A DNA stretch of 64,000 nucleotides from Camelus dromedarius (GCF_036321535.1 NC_087436.1:42596001-42660000), one strand, 5' to 3'. Numbered from the stretch's first letter, positions 13,124 through 27,110 are shown. The notes: generated by a model not told the origin, from the sequence alone. Made by a program: numbers and translations.

Positions 13124-14869
13124 CACTCACATCTTCTTTATCCATTCATCTGTTGATGGACGTTTAGGCTGCTTCCATGTCTTAGCTATTGTAAATAGTG
13201 CCACTATGAATATTGGGGTGCATGTATCTATTAGAATTAGAGCTTTCATCTTTCCCAGATATATATCCAGGCATAGATTAATAGATCATATAGTAACTCT
13301 ATTTTTAGTTTTTTAAGGAACCTCCATACTGTTTTCTATAGTAGATATGCTAATTTACATTCCTACCAACAGTGTAGGAGGATTCCCTTTTATCCATACC
13401 CTCTCTAGCATTAATTATTTGTAGACTTTTTGATGATGGCCATTCCAACCAGAGTGAGGTGGTATTTCACTGTAGTTTTGATTTGCATTTCTCTAGTGAT
13501 TAGAGATGTTGAACATTTTTTCATGTGACTGTTACTCGTCTGTATGTCTTCTTTGGAGAAATATTTAGGTCTTCTGCCTGTTTTTTGACTAGGTTGTTTG
13601 TTTTTTGTTATTGAGTTGTATGAGATGTTTGTATATTTTGGAAATTGAGCCCTTGTCTGTCACATTGTTTGCAAATGTTTTCTCCCATTCCATAGGTTAT
13701 CAATGGGCTTCATTGAATATTTGGTTATAGTTTAAATTATATTTTGTTCCAGATAATTAAAGAGAAGCCTAAATCAAGTTAGTTGGAAATAAAGAGACAA
13801 AGAGAAGAGAAAGGGAAAAGGAGAAGTTATCATTAGACTGTAAGCCAAATAGCTACCATTTATTGCTACTGTGAATTTTAAGTCAAATCTTTTAAAGTTT
13901 TAAAATTGTTTTGCCTTTACTGAATAATTTAATTTTACTTATTATAAGAGGAAAGATTTTTTATTATCTATTTCCTTAATATATTAATTTCAGGATCCAA
14001 CAAGCAGAGTTTAAATTATGTACTTTGTCTTCTTATAAATAAAAGGATGTATTATTATCCCAGAACAATTTGGGAATGAGTTTTATTTCCTTCTATAGCA
14101 GCTTTGGACATGGTCCACATGTTAAGTTGACATTACAGGATAGCTAAACAATCCCCCAAGGTAATTTTCATTAAAAAAAAAAACAAAAAAAACTAGAGAA
14201 AAAAAATCCAAAGCCTTTTCTGATTTAAAAAAGTCATGGTTATTTCTAACCACATAAGCAGGAAAATTCCCTTTCCCAACCAATTTTAAATTCCGGTTAA
14301 GCTGCTTCTGTTCTTCCTTATATTCAGTGGGATTAGAACACTTGCCATGAGCTGTCATTTTCATAACTTATAAATACCTTAATTCATTCCTTAGCCTTAC
14401 TTCCTTGACTTTCTGTTTTTGTGGAGTGTTTTTCTGTTTCATCATGATTGGGTTACACACGTAATAAGAACTCTATGTAAAGTAAATGTTAGCAAAGCAC
14501 TTTAATTTTCATAAACTGAATAATGGTTTGTGTAGGTATATACTCTAGTTTATATATAATAAATGCATGTTTATGATTCCAAAAGAACATTTTGTGACAA
14601 TAGCTACTCTTATAAAATAAACAAAACTTATGAAATAATGTAGTATAGACTAGATACAATGCAATAATCCAACCAACATTGCATTCTTCCTCACAGAAGT
14701 GAATTTACATGAAATTTTTTCACATAAATAAAAATACATCAATGAAGATGAACAGGTTGCATGTATATCTACTAGTGGTATCATTTAAATTTCTGATATT
14801 TGAACATTTTTAACCTGTAAAAATGGCGCTTTTGTACCTAATACATACATTAATAAAAAGATGATACAA

Positions 14870-15280
14870 TGTCAGGAAGTGGTAAATACTATTAAAAGAA
14901 AATAAAGCAACTTAAGGAAAAAGAAAATGAGAGGAACTATTTCTATAGGGCACTCAGAGAGGGTGTCTCTGAAGAGGAAACATTTGCAACCTGAATGAAA
15001 CGAGGAACAAGGTAAACCAGTTGATCTGGGCTGAGGGAGCAACAGTGTTAAGGGCCTGGGATTGGAGCCAGCTTGGCATGGCTGCAAAATGGTCAGGAGG
15101 CTGGTGTGGAGTGAGTGAGCGGAGTGTGGTAGGGAGCGAGAACAGAGACAGAGTCAGGGGCCAGACTACATACGGTCTTGCAGCCCATGGTAAGGACTTT
15201 AAAATTTAACCCAGAGGTGATGGGATGCTATGGAAAGGTTTTGAGCAGTGACATGATCTAATTCATATTTCAAAATGATT
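14870..15280 (-). mobile_element. L2 fragment
   Basis: GGCCAGACTACATACGGTCTTGCAGCCCATGGTAAGGACTTT...GGTTTTGAGCAGTGACATGATC. Confidence 0.6.
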
Positions 15281-18200
15281 TTCTCACTTTTAGTGCCTCA
15301 TTCAGACTGTATGAAGCAGAGGACTACAATCTCACAAATTAAGGAGAGTGTGTCTCCTAGGATAGAGTGAGATTTGCTTCCTCTACTCATAGTCACTTGA
15401 ATATTGGGCTAGGTCAAGGGTAAGTTGGTCCACAGAAGCAAATGTTGACCCACAAACAAGATTTAGAATCAGAAAATTTCATTTTGGAATATGAAAGTTA
15501 TGGTTTAAAACATTGTCGTTTACCAATGTGATCTTAACTAATTCTTTTTACCTCCATAAGATTTAGTGCCCTTATCTACAAATGAGGGTTATAACAATTA
15601 TGAAGGTTAAACAAAGGAATGTGTAGACTGGAAAGTACTCTACAGATGTTTGACATTATTATTTTCATGGTATTTATTGAGCTCCACTCATATAAATTTA
15701 GTGCTTAGAAAAACCAAACAGACTGCATCCTAATGGTTTCTCTTATAAGAAAAACCCTGGCACTACCCCTGAAGGATGACATGGAACTTTGGCTTCTGAG
15801 TATTTCTGTTGATTTTTTTCCCCAAATTTCCTGTTTATATAATGATTTAGATTACCATGAGTCCATGTAGACTTAGGACCTAAAAGAAGTTGGTTAATCA
15901 GTTGAGTTAACATGTAAATGATAACCAGTCTGTCCACTTACTTTGATATATTTTAATGAGAATTTGGGGTAGGGAGAGGTAGATATAGTATGTCTGCCGT
16001 AACCATCTCAAGGACTTTCTCAAACGAGATGTCCGTGCCACTGGGTCTGACAGAACTCTAAGTGGCTTTAGTGTTTTCCTGATAATGAGCGTCTCCGTCT
16101 TTCAATTCCTGTTCTACCCTTCCATTATCTCCTGCCTATGTTAAAAGTACCTTGATCTCCTTTTCCTCAGATTTCTCCAATAGCTAATTTCATCCACCTG
16201 GCATAGACTCAGAAACAGATGCTGTGTGCTCTCATATGCTAAAGAAAACAGTCAAGAAATTGAGAGAAGGGGATAGAGAAGAACATAGCTCTGTTTGTTA
16301 GGGGAACGAAGGGGACCAAAATAACGTAAGACAGATACGTGAACAGAGAATAACAAAGAGGAAGCATTACTGCATTAGAACAAATTGGAAATTATTTCTA
16401 AGAGGTTCCAGACATCTGGCTCCTGGGGTATAGGTGTTGAATGTCCATGGACATTTTAGAAACAGTGCAAATTTAAAAGGCATGGCTCTACTTTCAGCAA
16501 GTGGACCATTGGTGGATTGCTGCCCAGGACCAGCTGGCTTCATCTCTCTCGCTGCTGTGAGATACATTCCCACCTATTGGTAATCTCCATACATCGAAAA
16601 ATGCCTTTAATAACTGGAAATCTTTGTCCGTGGGACAGTTTGTGCAGTGAGAGTTAAAGGAGATTGATGTGGACTTCTAAAGTACAATCTATGTTTAACT
16701 TTAAATGAAACAAAGGAAGGTATTTTAGTTTTTTGAAACATAGAGCTTCCTAGGATTTTGTTTAAGGCAGAATTTGAATTAAGCATTTCATTTATTTTCT
16801 TTTACAAATATTTGAAATCTGTATCCTCATAAAGGATGGAAACACAAGGAAATAATATGAATTATGGATTTATGTTCATAAACTTGAAATTTTGTTCTAT
16901 TTCATACTCCTTGCAGATTATATTCTTTAAGATCAAAGAAAGCTATTAATATTAATGTCAAGAAGAAATCTGTATTAATTGCAAGGAATATTCTCAAATG
17001 CTGGGAAAGAGGGAGGCAGAGAGAAGGGAGATCATTGTTAACAAATTTCCACATATTCAGATATGTAATGAATATATTCAGATATCTAATGAGATGTCAG
17101 TGACTCTGGGAAACCAGAGGACATCCTTTCAGAAAGCCTAAAATAGATTTTGGTTTTAATATATTATTTTAATTACTTCTTTGCTGAGAAAGCCATTAGA
17201 AACACAGAACAGTAAAGCTATAAAGAACCATACTTCTTTACTTACTCCTAGAGCTTGTTCTAGAATGCTTCCTATACATTTAAAAACATTGCCTTTTTTA
17301 ATCTCACATTTCTTAAAACAACTTTATTCAAACTTATGTCATGCATAAGTGACATGACATCAGTCCATGACATGACATCTTTGACATCAGTGACCTTATC
17401 ATCAATTCTGCTACCTTTTGAATCTTTTTCCCCCAGAGCACTTTAACTTCACTTCCATCTAAGCTATTTAGCATTCAGCACTTTAAATAACCTTTATGCT
17501 ACCACTTATCTTATTCTTTGGTTTTACAGATACTAAAATTGAAAATCTTTTTTTATCCTTTTAAATACTTCCTCCCATAATTAATTAGTATGCATTTTTA
17601 CTAGGATGAGCTGGTGCTACACTTACGTGGCCAGTATTTGAGGCCAAAAGGTGCAGGTTCTATTTGAAATTCAAATTATTACTGAGAATCTTTTTTACAC
17701 TAAGTTTTTTTTTTAATCCATAGGACTAAAAAAGTGATATGTTTACAAAATATACATTTACCTCAAGATTTTAAAGAAAATAGAATGTATTTTGTTTTCA
17801 TCCTCCTTCAAAAGCAGAATGAACTTCAAACTGTGAAGAGTTGATGGGATATGATTACTAACATATAGAAGCCCAAGATAAATGGGATGTGTCTACTCTC
17901 CACAAATTCTGAGAGAAAGCCAGGTCTTTGAAGCAGATTGTCACAAGCTTTTACCATGCCTTCTTCCCAGACTTCTAATTATTGAATCAGGATACTCTGT
18001 AGCCTTTCAGCATAAAGAATGCATGTTTTGGAGCTCAACAGACCTTTCTAGATCCTAGCTCTGCCACTTAATTTCTTAAATTCCGGTTTCCTTTTTATGA
18101 AATGGGGATGCTATTACTTTCCAAAGGTTGTTTCAAGAATGGGAGAGATTGTTGGTTTATTGCTAGACATATAGTAGACACTCAATATACTGTAGCTATT

Positions 18201-18899
18201 ATTGCTGAGTTTGTGCTGTTTTGATCTTTTTTCTTTGAATGCAGACTTTGACCATGACAAGACTCCTGTTGTCAAGGCCATTTTCTGACATTGATACCAA
18301 CTTCCTAAAAATGTTTGTCATTGCTGTGTTCTCCATCTGAGTGCTGACTGGCAGATCCACCTTGATCATGTCCCAGTTCTATCCTAGTTCTTATGTGAAC
18401 TGTATATCTAAACTGGAATTTTTGGATAAGCCTAAATATTCGCTTCTTCTACAGAGGGCTGGCCCTCTCTAGCCTAGAGGTAGGTCTCTGGATCCTAACC
18501 TGCTGTCACTCAGTCCAGTACCTATTTCTCAGCCCTCTATTGCCCTCTAGTGACTACTTTCAGCACTACCTCATCCAGGGGTTTGTCCTTGTAGAAGGCA
18601 CTTGGTTACCTGAGTTAAGAGACTAAGAATGGTTAACTGAATTGAGACTCCACAGTGGATTAAATTATATGCTATATTTTGTACATTAACATGTGTGTGA
18701 AAAAATTGAGAAGCAACAGTTGAAGACTCTTGAAAAGCAAATGTATCAGAATATTGAAGATGTGCAGTATCTCGGTGTCAAAAAGAGAAAAGTCTGGATT
18801 ATAAGAACAAAACTGAAAAACTGATTATGGTGGCTTGGTTAAAAATTCTACTTGACTAGGCAATGATTGTTATTGAGTAAGTTAGTAAAGGAATCAGTG

Positions 18900-19978
18900 A
18901 TCATTAGAATGTACCCCAGGTTCAATGAGAAGAAATCATGTCCCAAAGTATCATTTAATTTTCTTTTGGAATGCCAACATCAGGGGAAGTTATAGGTATA
19001 CAATATCTTAGTTTCAACAAAACTTGTAGAAACATCAATCCTTTTCAATTAATAAAAAATTAGACTGAATGATAAGTAAAAAGTTGAATGAGTCATTCTA
19101 GGTGACCTGAGTAATAAATCAAAGTTGATCTGAGGGCAGGTCTCCAGCAACATTTCATAAGGCTTTGTTCAGAGTCAGTGCTGTCCCCTCAAAATCGATA
19201 ACACATGATTCAGATAAAGACACATATTTACCAGAATTAACAGAGGAGGAACAGCTAACATATTGGATGACAAAATCAAGTATCTTCTAAGTCATTAAGT
19301 AGCAGGAAGGATGAGCAAAAACATCAGGAAGTGGGCAGTTCTCTGTGTAGATTCACCAACTTAACTGTTCTTCTACAAGATGTAGGAAACCTGGCTTTAG
19401 AAAGTCATACACACACAAAAAATAATAACTTGAGGTTTTAGCTGCCTGCAAGCTTATCATGTGCCAACCACATGATGAACTGCCAAATAAACTGATGTGG
19501 ATCCTCATCAAATATAGACTTCACGTCAAGGATGGTAATAGTGCCGCTCACCTTTGCACTGTTCAGACCACATCTGGAGTATTGTGTTCAATTCCCAGTG
19601 CCAGATTTTAAGAAGGACACCGAAAGACTGAAGTGCATGCCAAGGAGGAAATCTGGCAACCGCAGGGCGTGAGGATTGGCTGAAATAGCTGAAACAACTC
19701 AGAAACATGGTAACTGTCTGCACGTATTTGAAGAACTGTAATGTGGAAGAGAGTCTCCATTTATTAAGATTCCAGATGAGTAGAGCCTGGATCAAACCAA
19801 ATAAGAACCTTCTATTAGCAAACTCTTCAGAAATAAAATGAACTTTTTGGTGAGAAACTGAAATCCCCACCCCTGGAAGCATTCTAGGACAAGCTGTCGG
19901 ACTACATGTGGTTCTTTACAGCTTTACTGTTTGGGGTTTTTAATGACTTTCTCATGTATTTTTAACTTCTATGATTCT
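18900..19978 (+). mobile_element. L3/CR1 LINE 3' portion
   Basis: 19535-19651 translates [39 protein letters not shown], matching the CR1 ORF2 motif [13 protein letters not shown]1-type TTCTATGATTCT tail near 19970. 5' boundary approximate. Confidence 0.8.
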
Positions 19979-21420
19979 GGTTCCTTTCCCTCTCTTACAT
20001 TTTTTCTTTGAATATGGAAACCTTCATTTATTTTCTTTTACTCCCCAATTCCTTCTCCCAAACTTGTACAAAGTTGGACAGGAAGTATCATAAACAGAAT
20101 CACATACTATTTCAGCCAAACCAGTATGCCAGTGCTTCAGCTTTATGCAGATTTCTTTAAGAATAGGATGCTGTCTCAGAACAGACTCCAGAGAAAATAA
20201 TTCCTATTCCCATGGCCAGTTATGATATAATCAGAAGAGCACAGCCTCTTAACATACAAGCCTTTATAAATCAGTAGCTATAAAAACGAAGAGAACACAG
20301 GCACTTTAGCTAAGCCTAAGGAGCTGATGCGCAGTGTTTTGATATTCCTATTACAGAACAAATAGAATTTATGTAACTCCAGAATTTGCAGGCCTTTTGA
20401 AGCAAAATCAGTTTTCTCTCTCTCTGTGTGTCTTATTCCCTTCTTCCTTTCCTCCCTCTTTTTTCCCTCTTTCTTTCCTCCCTCTTTTTTCCCCTCTTTC
20501 TTTCAAGATTTATCTCACAGCTGTTGCATAATGCTTCTAAGCAGAATGATTCTGCGCTCTGTTCCTGTGTTTCTCTTGAGCTGTTTCCTTATTACCAAAC
20601 CAAACCAACAGCCAGGTCCAGGGCTCATCTGGCTGGTGCTTCCTACATCTGCTGTGCTAGGAATAGCTTTCCCTTCACCAGCTGGCAGTGAAGCAACCGT
20701 GAGGGTGCAGGGGAGGGAGGCTTAAGGGGAGCATAAAAGGAATGGGGAGGGTGTAGAATAGAAATGTCCTTTCTTCTCTGTGATGGATTTCCTTCAGGGC
20801 AACTCTGGACAGCTGAAATGGCTTCAAAGGGAGGGAAATAGAGAAGCTGTTCTTTCGAAGCAGGTTTCTCCTTTCAGACAGCCTCTTATTACTATTCCTG
20901 TGTAATCACTTTTCAGTACATTTTATTAGAACTTCTTTTTATTTCCTGAGAAACCATATAGTTTGCATCTGTGTAGCATGCATTTCTGCGGACCCCTAGA
21001 ACCTTCTTGGCGTTTACAGCGTATGACTCCATTCTCAGATTAAAAGTAGGAAAAACCTTGGAGAGAAAATGCCCCCATACTCTTTTTTTCCTCCAAATAA
21101 CCTTTAAAAATCAAGTGGAGGAGAGGCTTCAAGCCAAGTAACAATGATCTTCATCTGCTTAGCAGGGATGCTGGGAGGCATAAGGAGCTAATATGATACG
21201 TAGAGTAACTCTACATGTTTCAAAAGTGCTTTATTAATAATGAGACTATCAGCTTCCTCTCCTTATGCCTTCATTTCTTCATATTTAAAATGACACTACT
21301 ATATCTAACCCATGGTGTCATAATGAGGAATAAACAGGAAGAAGGAGGTAAAAGCCGTTAGCACAGGGACAGGCCTGGTCAAACTTCAATAATACTCCAT
21401 GTTAACATCATTCCTGTCTA

Positions 21421-21576
21421 TTTTTTTTTATTTCACATTTTTAAAAATGTATTTTTTTATTTTGGAAGAGTTACATAGCTTTTATTTATTTATTTTAATG
21501 GAGGTACTAGGGATTGAACCCAGGAACTTGTGCATGCTAGACATGCATTCTACCCCTGAATTGTACCATCCCACCT
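21421..21576 (-). mobile_element. tRNA-derived camelid-type SINE (Vic-1-like)
   Basis: Minus strand reads GGTGGGATGGTACAATTCAGGGGTAGAATGCATG...CCTGGGTTCAATCCCTAGTACCTCCATTAAAATAAATAAATAAA (A/B boxes plus A-rich tail). 13-bp TSD TCA(T/G)TCCTGTCTA at 21408-21420 and 21577-21589. Confidence 0.85.
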
Positions 21577-22558
21577 TCAGTCCTGTCTACTTTTAAGTTG
21601 GACATTGGAGGGGCTATCAGTAAATATCTGTGGAATGAAAGTGGGTCATTGAATACCAGTCCTAGTTCATTGTATGCAGATCATGGACTTTGTTGAGAAA
21701 TGACAGATTATAGCATGTGCTTCCTCTTTCATCCGTGTGCTTTTTCTTCCTCTGATAAAAGTCAAGCATGGAGGAAAGAGATGGTCCCTTGTATTTACCT
21801 CATCTTCAATTCTAGCGAGAAAGATAAAGTACTGTAGATGAGGTAGCACATTTCTTAAAAGTGGACTTTAAGAAACTCTTTGAACATCTGTTGCAATGAA
21901 GAGATACATTTAAAAAAAAAAATTTAAGAGCAGAGCCAAATGAAGAGATACAGAAAATTCTAAGAACAAAGACAAATATCCAAGAAGCCTGGAAGAGGAT
22001 GTGGAATAGCTGTATCCAGCTCACTTGTGACACAGGGCTGCACTCTCCCCTTTGTGCTCCTGCAGTGATATAATTGTTACGTTTCCCAGAGTACACTTAG
22101 GAATTTGGTTCTAAAATATGATTGCCTAGACATCGATAGATAAAATCAGTAAAGCACAATAAAAATGCAAAGCTATAAAGATAATGTTAACAATATCCTT
22201 GGAAAAAAATCCTAGAATGTAGCATGCTTGCAACTATTATCAGAGCATAAAAAGTGTAAGCAGTTTGTTTTAAAATAAGTGAAACTGCCTAGATATTACA
22301 AAATATGACATTTTGTACGTCTTTAGGGTTCCAGAGAACGTTCAACTCTACCATGTTAATTGTAAAGAAGATTCTGAAGTAAAGAGTAATAATTTAAAAA
22401 TTTTCCCTAGTTCACATTTCTTGGTGGTTATAAACCTTTTGGGTTTACTGATCTATAGTTACGAAAGAATGTAAATTTCAACAAGTAATTCCTTACTCAA
22501 GCTCTTATAGATAAGACAGCAGAATGAAGCCATAAATAACTCACAAGCATAATACTTC

Positions 22559-23039
22559 TGTAGGGGAGGAAAAATCCCCTCTTCCTTCTGTGAGTCTCTG
22601 GCTGGGCCTAAGAACTGATATTAGACAGATAAACAAGAGAAAAGCATACAAAGTTTACTGAATTTTTAGATGAACGTTGGACCCTTCACTAGAGAACAAA
22701 GACGGGAAGAAGTAACCAGAGCAGGAAGCTTGTATACTTTTTGGACAAAGAAACAAATTTGTGAAGAATTGGCAAGACAAAGTGGGCTGTGGGTAGTAAA
22801 TGGAGAAGAAGTAACAGCAGCTGTTTATACAGCCTTCTCTGCCCTGAATTCCCCTTCTCTGGTGATGTGAATGCCTCCCTTCCTCCTGCTGCAGGGAGGG
22901 CACCTTTCACATGGGAGGTCTATCTTCTGCTTTCAGGAAAGAAATGGGGAGATCAGAGTGACCTTCCTGCTTCTGCTGCTTAAAATAGTCGATACACTAA
23001 GGTGCCATATTTTGGGGTAGTGTGTCCTGAACCCCATCA
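22559..23039 (-). mobile_element. ERV1-type solo LTR (481 bp)
   Basis: TG...CA termini; minus strand begins TGATGGGGTTCAGGACACACTACCCCAAAATATGGCACC (MER34/MER39-like LTR start); TSD CTTC/TTTC. Confidence 0.8.
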
Positions 23040-25161
23040 TTTCATAATATAATAAATAAAACACTATCTTTTAATATAGTTTATTAGATTAAAAAGGTTA
23101 AAGACAGTTTCCAAATGCTATAATTAAAATATTCTATAACCAGGTAAATTTGGTGATATGTTTTACCATATTATACTTATCCAAAGAAAGTATAAGATTT
23201 CCCAAGCTAAATGATTTTAAAAAAGCAAAATTTATTAAGTAACTTGTAAAATACGGTCTGTGTAATTTCTTTATTTAATTAAGGCAGTTTATTTTCTACC
23301 TAATAAAGAAAAGCGATTTTTTTCACTTTTAAATCACAAAGTACCTAAACATGATAGTTTGAAAATTTTTACTGTATGTGTCAATGTTGTATAAAATATC
23401 TATTGACAAAAATAAAAATAAAATGTTTTCCACCTAGTTTATGGAATTGATAAGAAGTGATATTCATCAAAATTTTTAATGAATCATCATTTATTGGATA
23501 CTACTCCATTTTACTAATGCATCATCTCTAATGGATGAAGATTTGATTATATTAACTTCTAAGTTGCACAAATAACTTTTAACTATTATTACAATATCCT
23601 TAAAACCTGTATAATTAAAAAAACAGCAAATATGTTTAGGAAGAGAAAATAAGAACCTGGAAAACAAAATAGCTATAATTCAAATCACCAAAACAATTTT
23701 AATACTGCATTTGCTTCCTCATGGCTGCACACTGAGCTCAACTGTAATAATGTGTGTGGAAATTAATTGTATAATTTATACAAATATAAAATATTATATA
23801 TGCATTATTATTGCTATTATTAAGGCTAAGGAGGAATGTAAATTTATGTGAATCAAAATTGAACTTGAGAGTTTGGCATATTAAATATATAAATCATATT
23901 TGCTGACACATTTGTGTGCACACACACGTGTGTGTATACCTATGTGTGTGTGCTGCGTATATATAATACCATCTTTCTTGATTCGTTTTTCACTCTAAAA
24001 TATTCAGTAGAGACCATGTGGGAAATTTGGGATGCTGATCCACTGTAAACCATGGCATATTTAGGTTATCTTCAATATCTCAACATTCCTTTCCCTTGGG
24101 TACATTATTTTATGCTCCTAGCAATGCCACTTGCTATAAAAGAGAGTTTTCTCTGGGCTCTGTGTGACTGCATCACATTGTATTTATGTTTAGTGGTTTG
24201 TGAGTCATTCAAAGATGGTGGTAATAGCATTGAGGATTTGTTTTCACTTTAATTTTGGAGAGCAAGCACAGTCCCTTGTTTACAGTTTTAGAAAAGCATG
24301 AAGGAAGCAGATAAGAAAGTGGTGAGAAAGCCATCTAGGAGAGCAAACGAGTAAATTCCAGCTCACTTTTTACTTCCTCTTCTCTAACCTGGGGAATGTA
24401 GATAGAAGTGACTTACACCTCCTTTATTTTAAGTTACTCATCCCCAAAACCACAGGGCACATTATTTTACACCAAGAAGTGATTCTTAGTGGGAGGAAAT
24501 TTAAAGAGTAGAAGGAAGGCAGTTTGTGAGAAATTACTTTCCTAGATCACTCTGAACAGACTGATATTTCTATGCCCCAAGGATCCTCTCCCAACAACCA
24601 AGATTGTTCGTTCAAATCAGAAAAGAAGCTGTGTGGAAATTACTTAGGAGAATTATTTTTCATTTCATAAGGAAGAGAGTAAAAAGAAATCAAAGAACAG
24701 GCAAACTGCAAATATACAGGCTACTTCTAAACAATGGTTATACCTCTGTATATAAATGTCAGACACATAAAGGTAAACTGCATTAAGGATTTTAATATGA
24801 AAATGTAGCAATGAGATTTATGATGACAATTAAGCTAGTTTTCTCATACTTCTTCATAAAACCTTTTTCGAAAGATGATCAAAAAACGCCCCTTCCTCAA
24901 AATTCCTTAGCATTTGAGTGTCAGAAACAGGTTCATATGTACTCCATCACAATAATGATATCACCTATATTCTGCTAGACAATTATATTCCTAACTATTG
25001 AAGATTTACTTATTTCTGTCCTTTTCTGTCTCATTGTCATAAATGGGCATTTTAAGAGAGATCACCAAAGATCTAATCACAGCCAATAACTTTCTATTCA
25101 GACTTCAAAATTCAGACTTCCCTTGATTTTTTAATGCACTATTGTTATTCTTGTTACCATG

Positions 25162-25547
25162 TGTTAAAAGATAAACTGAGGAATATTAAAATTTTTGAGT
25201 TTGAGCAAAATTCATTTCGAATTGGGCAGCATCCCATCTAGTAAATAAATAGGAGCTCCAAGGAGCTGTATAAAATGAAAAGCTTTTATAGGCAAAAAGA
25301 AGCAGAACAAGGAAGTTATACTAGACAAAGGAATGGTTTAATTATTGCAAGGTTACTTTCTTTGAGGGATGGTAGGCTGTATCAGGCAGATTACCTGACT
25401 AGTGTTGATCAGGCAGCTCCTAATTGACTGGTTTAAGATTCTATTTCTGGAGGGGCCTAAACTGTAATTAGGTTAAGTGTTTAGGTTTTTTGACATGGAG
25501 CTTAGCACAGGTGACTCCATTTTGGGCTTGTTATCTGGTTTTTAACA
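25162..25547 (-). mobile_element. ERV1-type solo LTR (386 bp)
   Basis: TGTTAAAA...TTTTAACA termini; perfect TSD CATG (25158-25161, 25548-25551); AAAATGGAGTCAC motif near the minus-strand 5' end; TATAAAA on the minus strand. Confidence 0.88.
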
Positions 25548-26384
25548 CATGTAATTTCAAAAGATAAATTTTTTTTTCTTTCATTCAAATATAAATTAAA
25601 CATGTAGAAAGTTTTATTGAACTCATCAGTTTAAGGAAGGAACCACGTAGAAATCAATATTCAAATGAGAATTTCAAGAATAATGTATATGCAATCACGA
25701 ATGCTAAAATAAATATTTTAATAGGTGCAAAACTGGTTAATATTAATAGGGCAATAAAATACAATGTTTGGAATGACCTTTTTATAAGGCAGAAAGCAGT
25801 TGTTTCTATTTCTACTGAACAAAATTCATTTGCATTGCTATGAACAAGAATCGTTTTATTACCCTCAGTTCTCTACCCCTTAACTTCTAACCCCTACAGA
25901 GTTGTACAATAGCCAAGTCAATAATAAGACCCATACCCCTGTGGAATTGATAGTCCCCAGAAGATCCCATAGAACACTCTACCTCCCAGCACAGCCCTGA
26001 AAGGACACTCAGAAATCTCTTTTGTCCATTTCCATGTCTTGGACAATATTTCCTTTAAAATGTATGTAATTTTATTTGGCAAGTTAGTCTTAACTATTTT
26101 TCCTTTAGGCAATGAATCCCTTTTAGTGACTAGATAACTCTAAAATTATAAGGAAATCTTATATTTCCTCAAGAAATCTGCCTTATGAGGAACTATCAGA
26201 TTAATCTAGCAGCCTCAGTCTTGAAGACAAAGCTTTGAATTTCTTTATACATTCCTCTTATAGTCTTCCCATTGTCCACACAATTGCTTGATTCCAAATC
26301 CTAGAAATCATCTTGGCTTCTGTTTATCCATCTTCTCCGTCCCAAAGGCACAGACCCACACAGATACATACACATACGTTTGCG

Positions 26385-26386
<2 letters not shown>

Positions 26387-26414
<28 letters not shown>
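26387..26414. repeat. (CA)n microsatellite
   Basis: Directly visible. Confidence 0.95.
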
Positions 26415-26417
<3 letters not shown>

Positions 26418-26559
26418 CCCATGTCTAGCTCTGTCAGGTCTACAAGCAAATAAATTCCTAAATATCATTTCTCTGAGTCTCCTGGTTCTAAACCACAGGC
26501 CAACCCACAGATATCACTTGCCACTTATTACAGCAGCATTCACATTATTTCCTCTTTCG

Positions 26560-27110
26560 CCACCAAAATTGCATTCTCCACAGGTTAGCCAAAGAGATTT
26601 TAAAAAGCTTCAATCAGATCATATCACTCCCCTGCTTAAAAATTTCCAGTGGTTTTACCATTTCAGTTAGAGTAAAATGCAAATTCTATGACACAACCCA
26701 CAAAGTCCAGCATATTTTGGCCTCTACTTGCCCCCTTAGCCTTTTTCCTACCATCTTCCCTCCTTTGCTATGCTCTAGCCAACCATCTCTCTCTTACATT
26801 TACCTTTCCTTCTGCTTGAATGACTTTCCCCCATATCTTTACTTGGCTTCGTCTCATCATTCAGGTGTCAGGGCAAAAGCCACACCCTCAAAGAAGCCTT
26901 CCCTTTCCCCCTACTTAATGTACCTTTCTCCAGTCACTCTGCCATTAGCTTTAGTTTTTCCATAGCAGTTATCACGACTTGAATTTTCTTATTTGCTGAT
27001 TGGTTGAATTGTTAATTATCTGACTCCCCTGTAGGGAATGAGGAGCTGTGTCTCACACACGCTTTAGTGCCTATCCCAAAGGAGTGTTCAATTAATATGT
27101 GTTAAAAGAA
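26560..27110 (+). mobile_element. L2 fragment
   Basis: CAGATCATATCACTCCCCTGCTTAAAAATTTCCAGTGG...CACACCCTCAAAGAAGCCTTCCCT. Confidence 0.6.

Larger units (their letters stand above)
12581..13700 (-). mobile_element. 5'-truncated LINE-1 (3' UTR plus end of ORF2)
   Basis: T-rich tail at 12581. Minus-strand translation EYYSAIKKNEIMPFAGTWMDLEIITLSEVSQ is typical of the L1 ORF2 C-terminus. Contains (TA)n and (TG)n tracts. Confidence 0.9.

Noticed and set aside
17053..17092. Short tandem duplication of ATATTCAGATAT(G/C)TAATGA, and similar ones near 11425, 25097, 44497 and 51195
   Set aside because: Ordinary slippage duplications with two units; no evidence of function.
21490..21576. tRNA gene
   Set aside because: A/B boxes are present, but the A-rich tail and TSD show it is a SINE.
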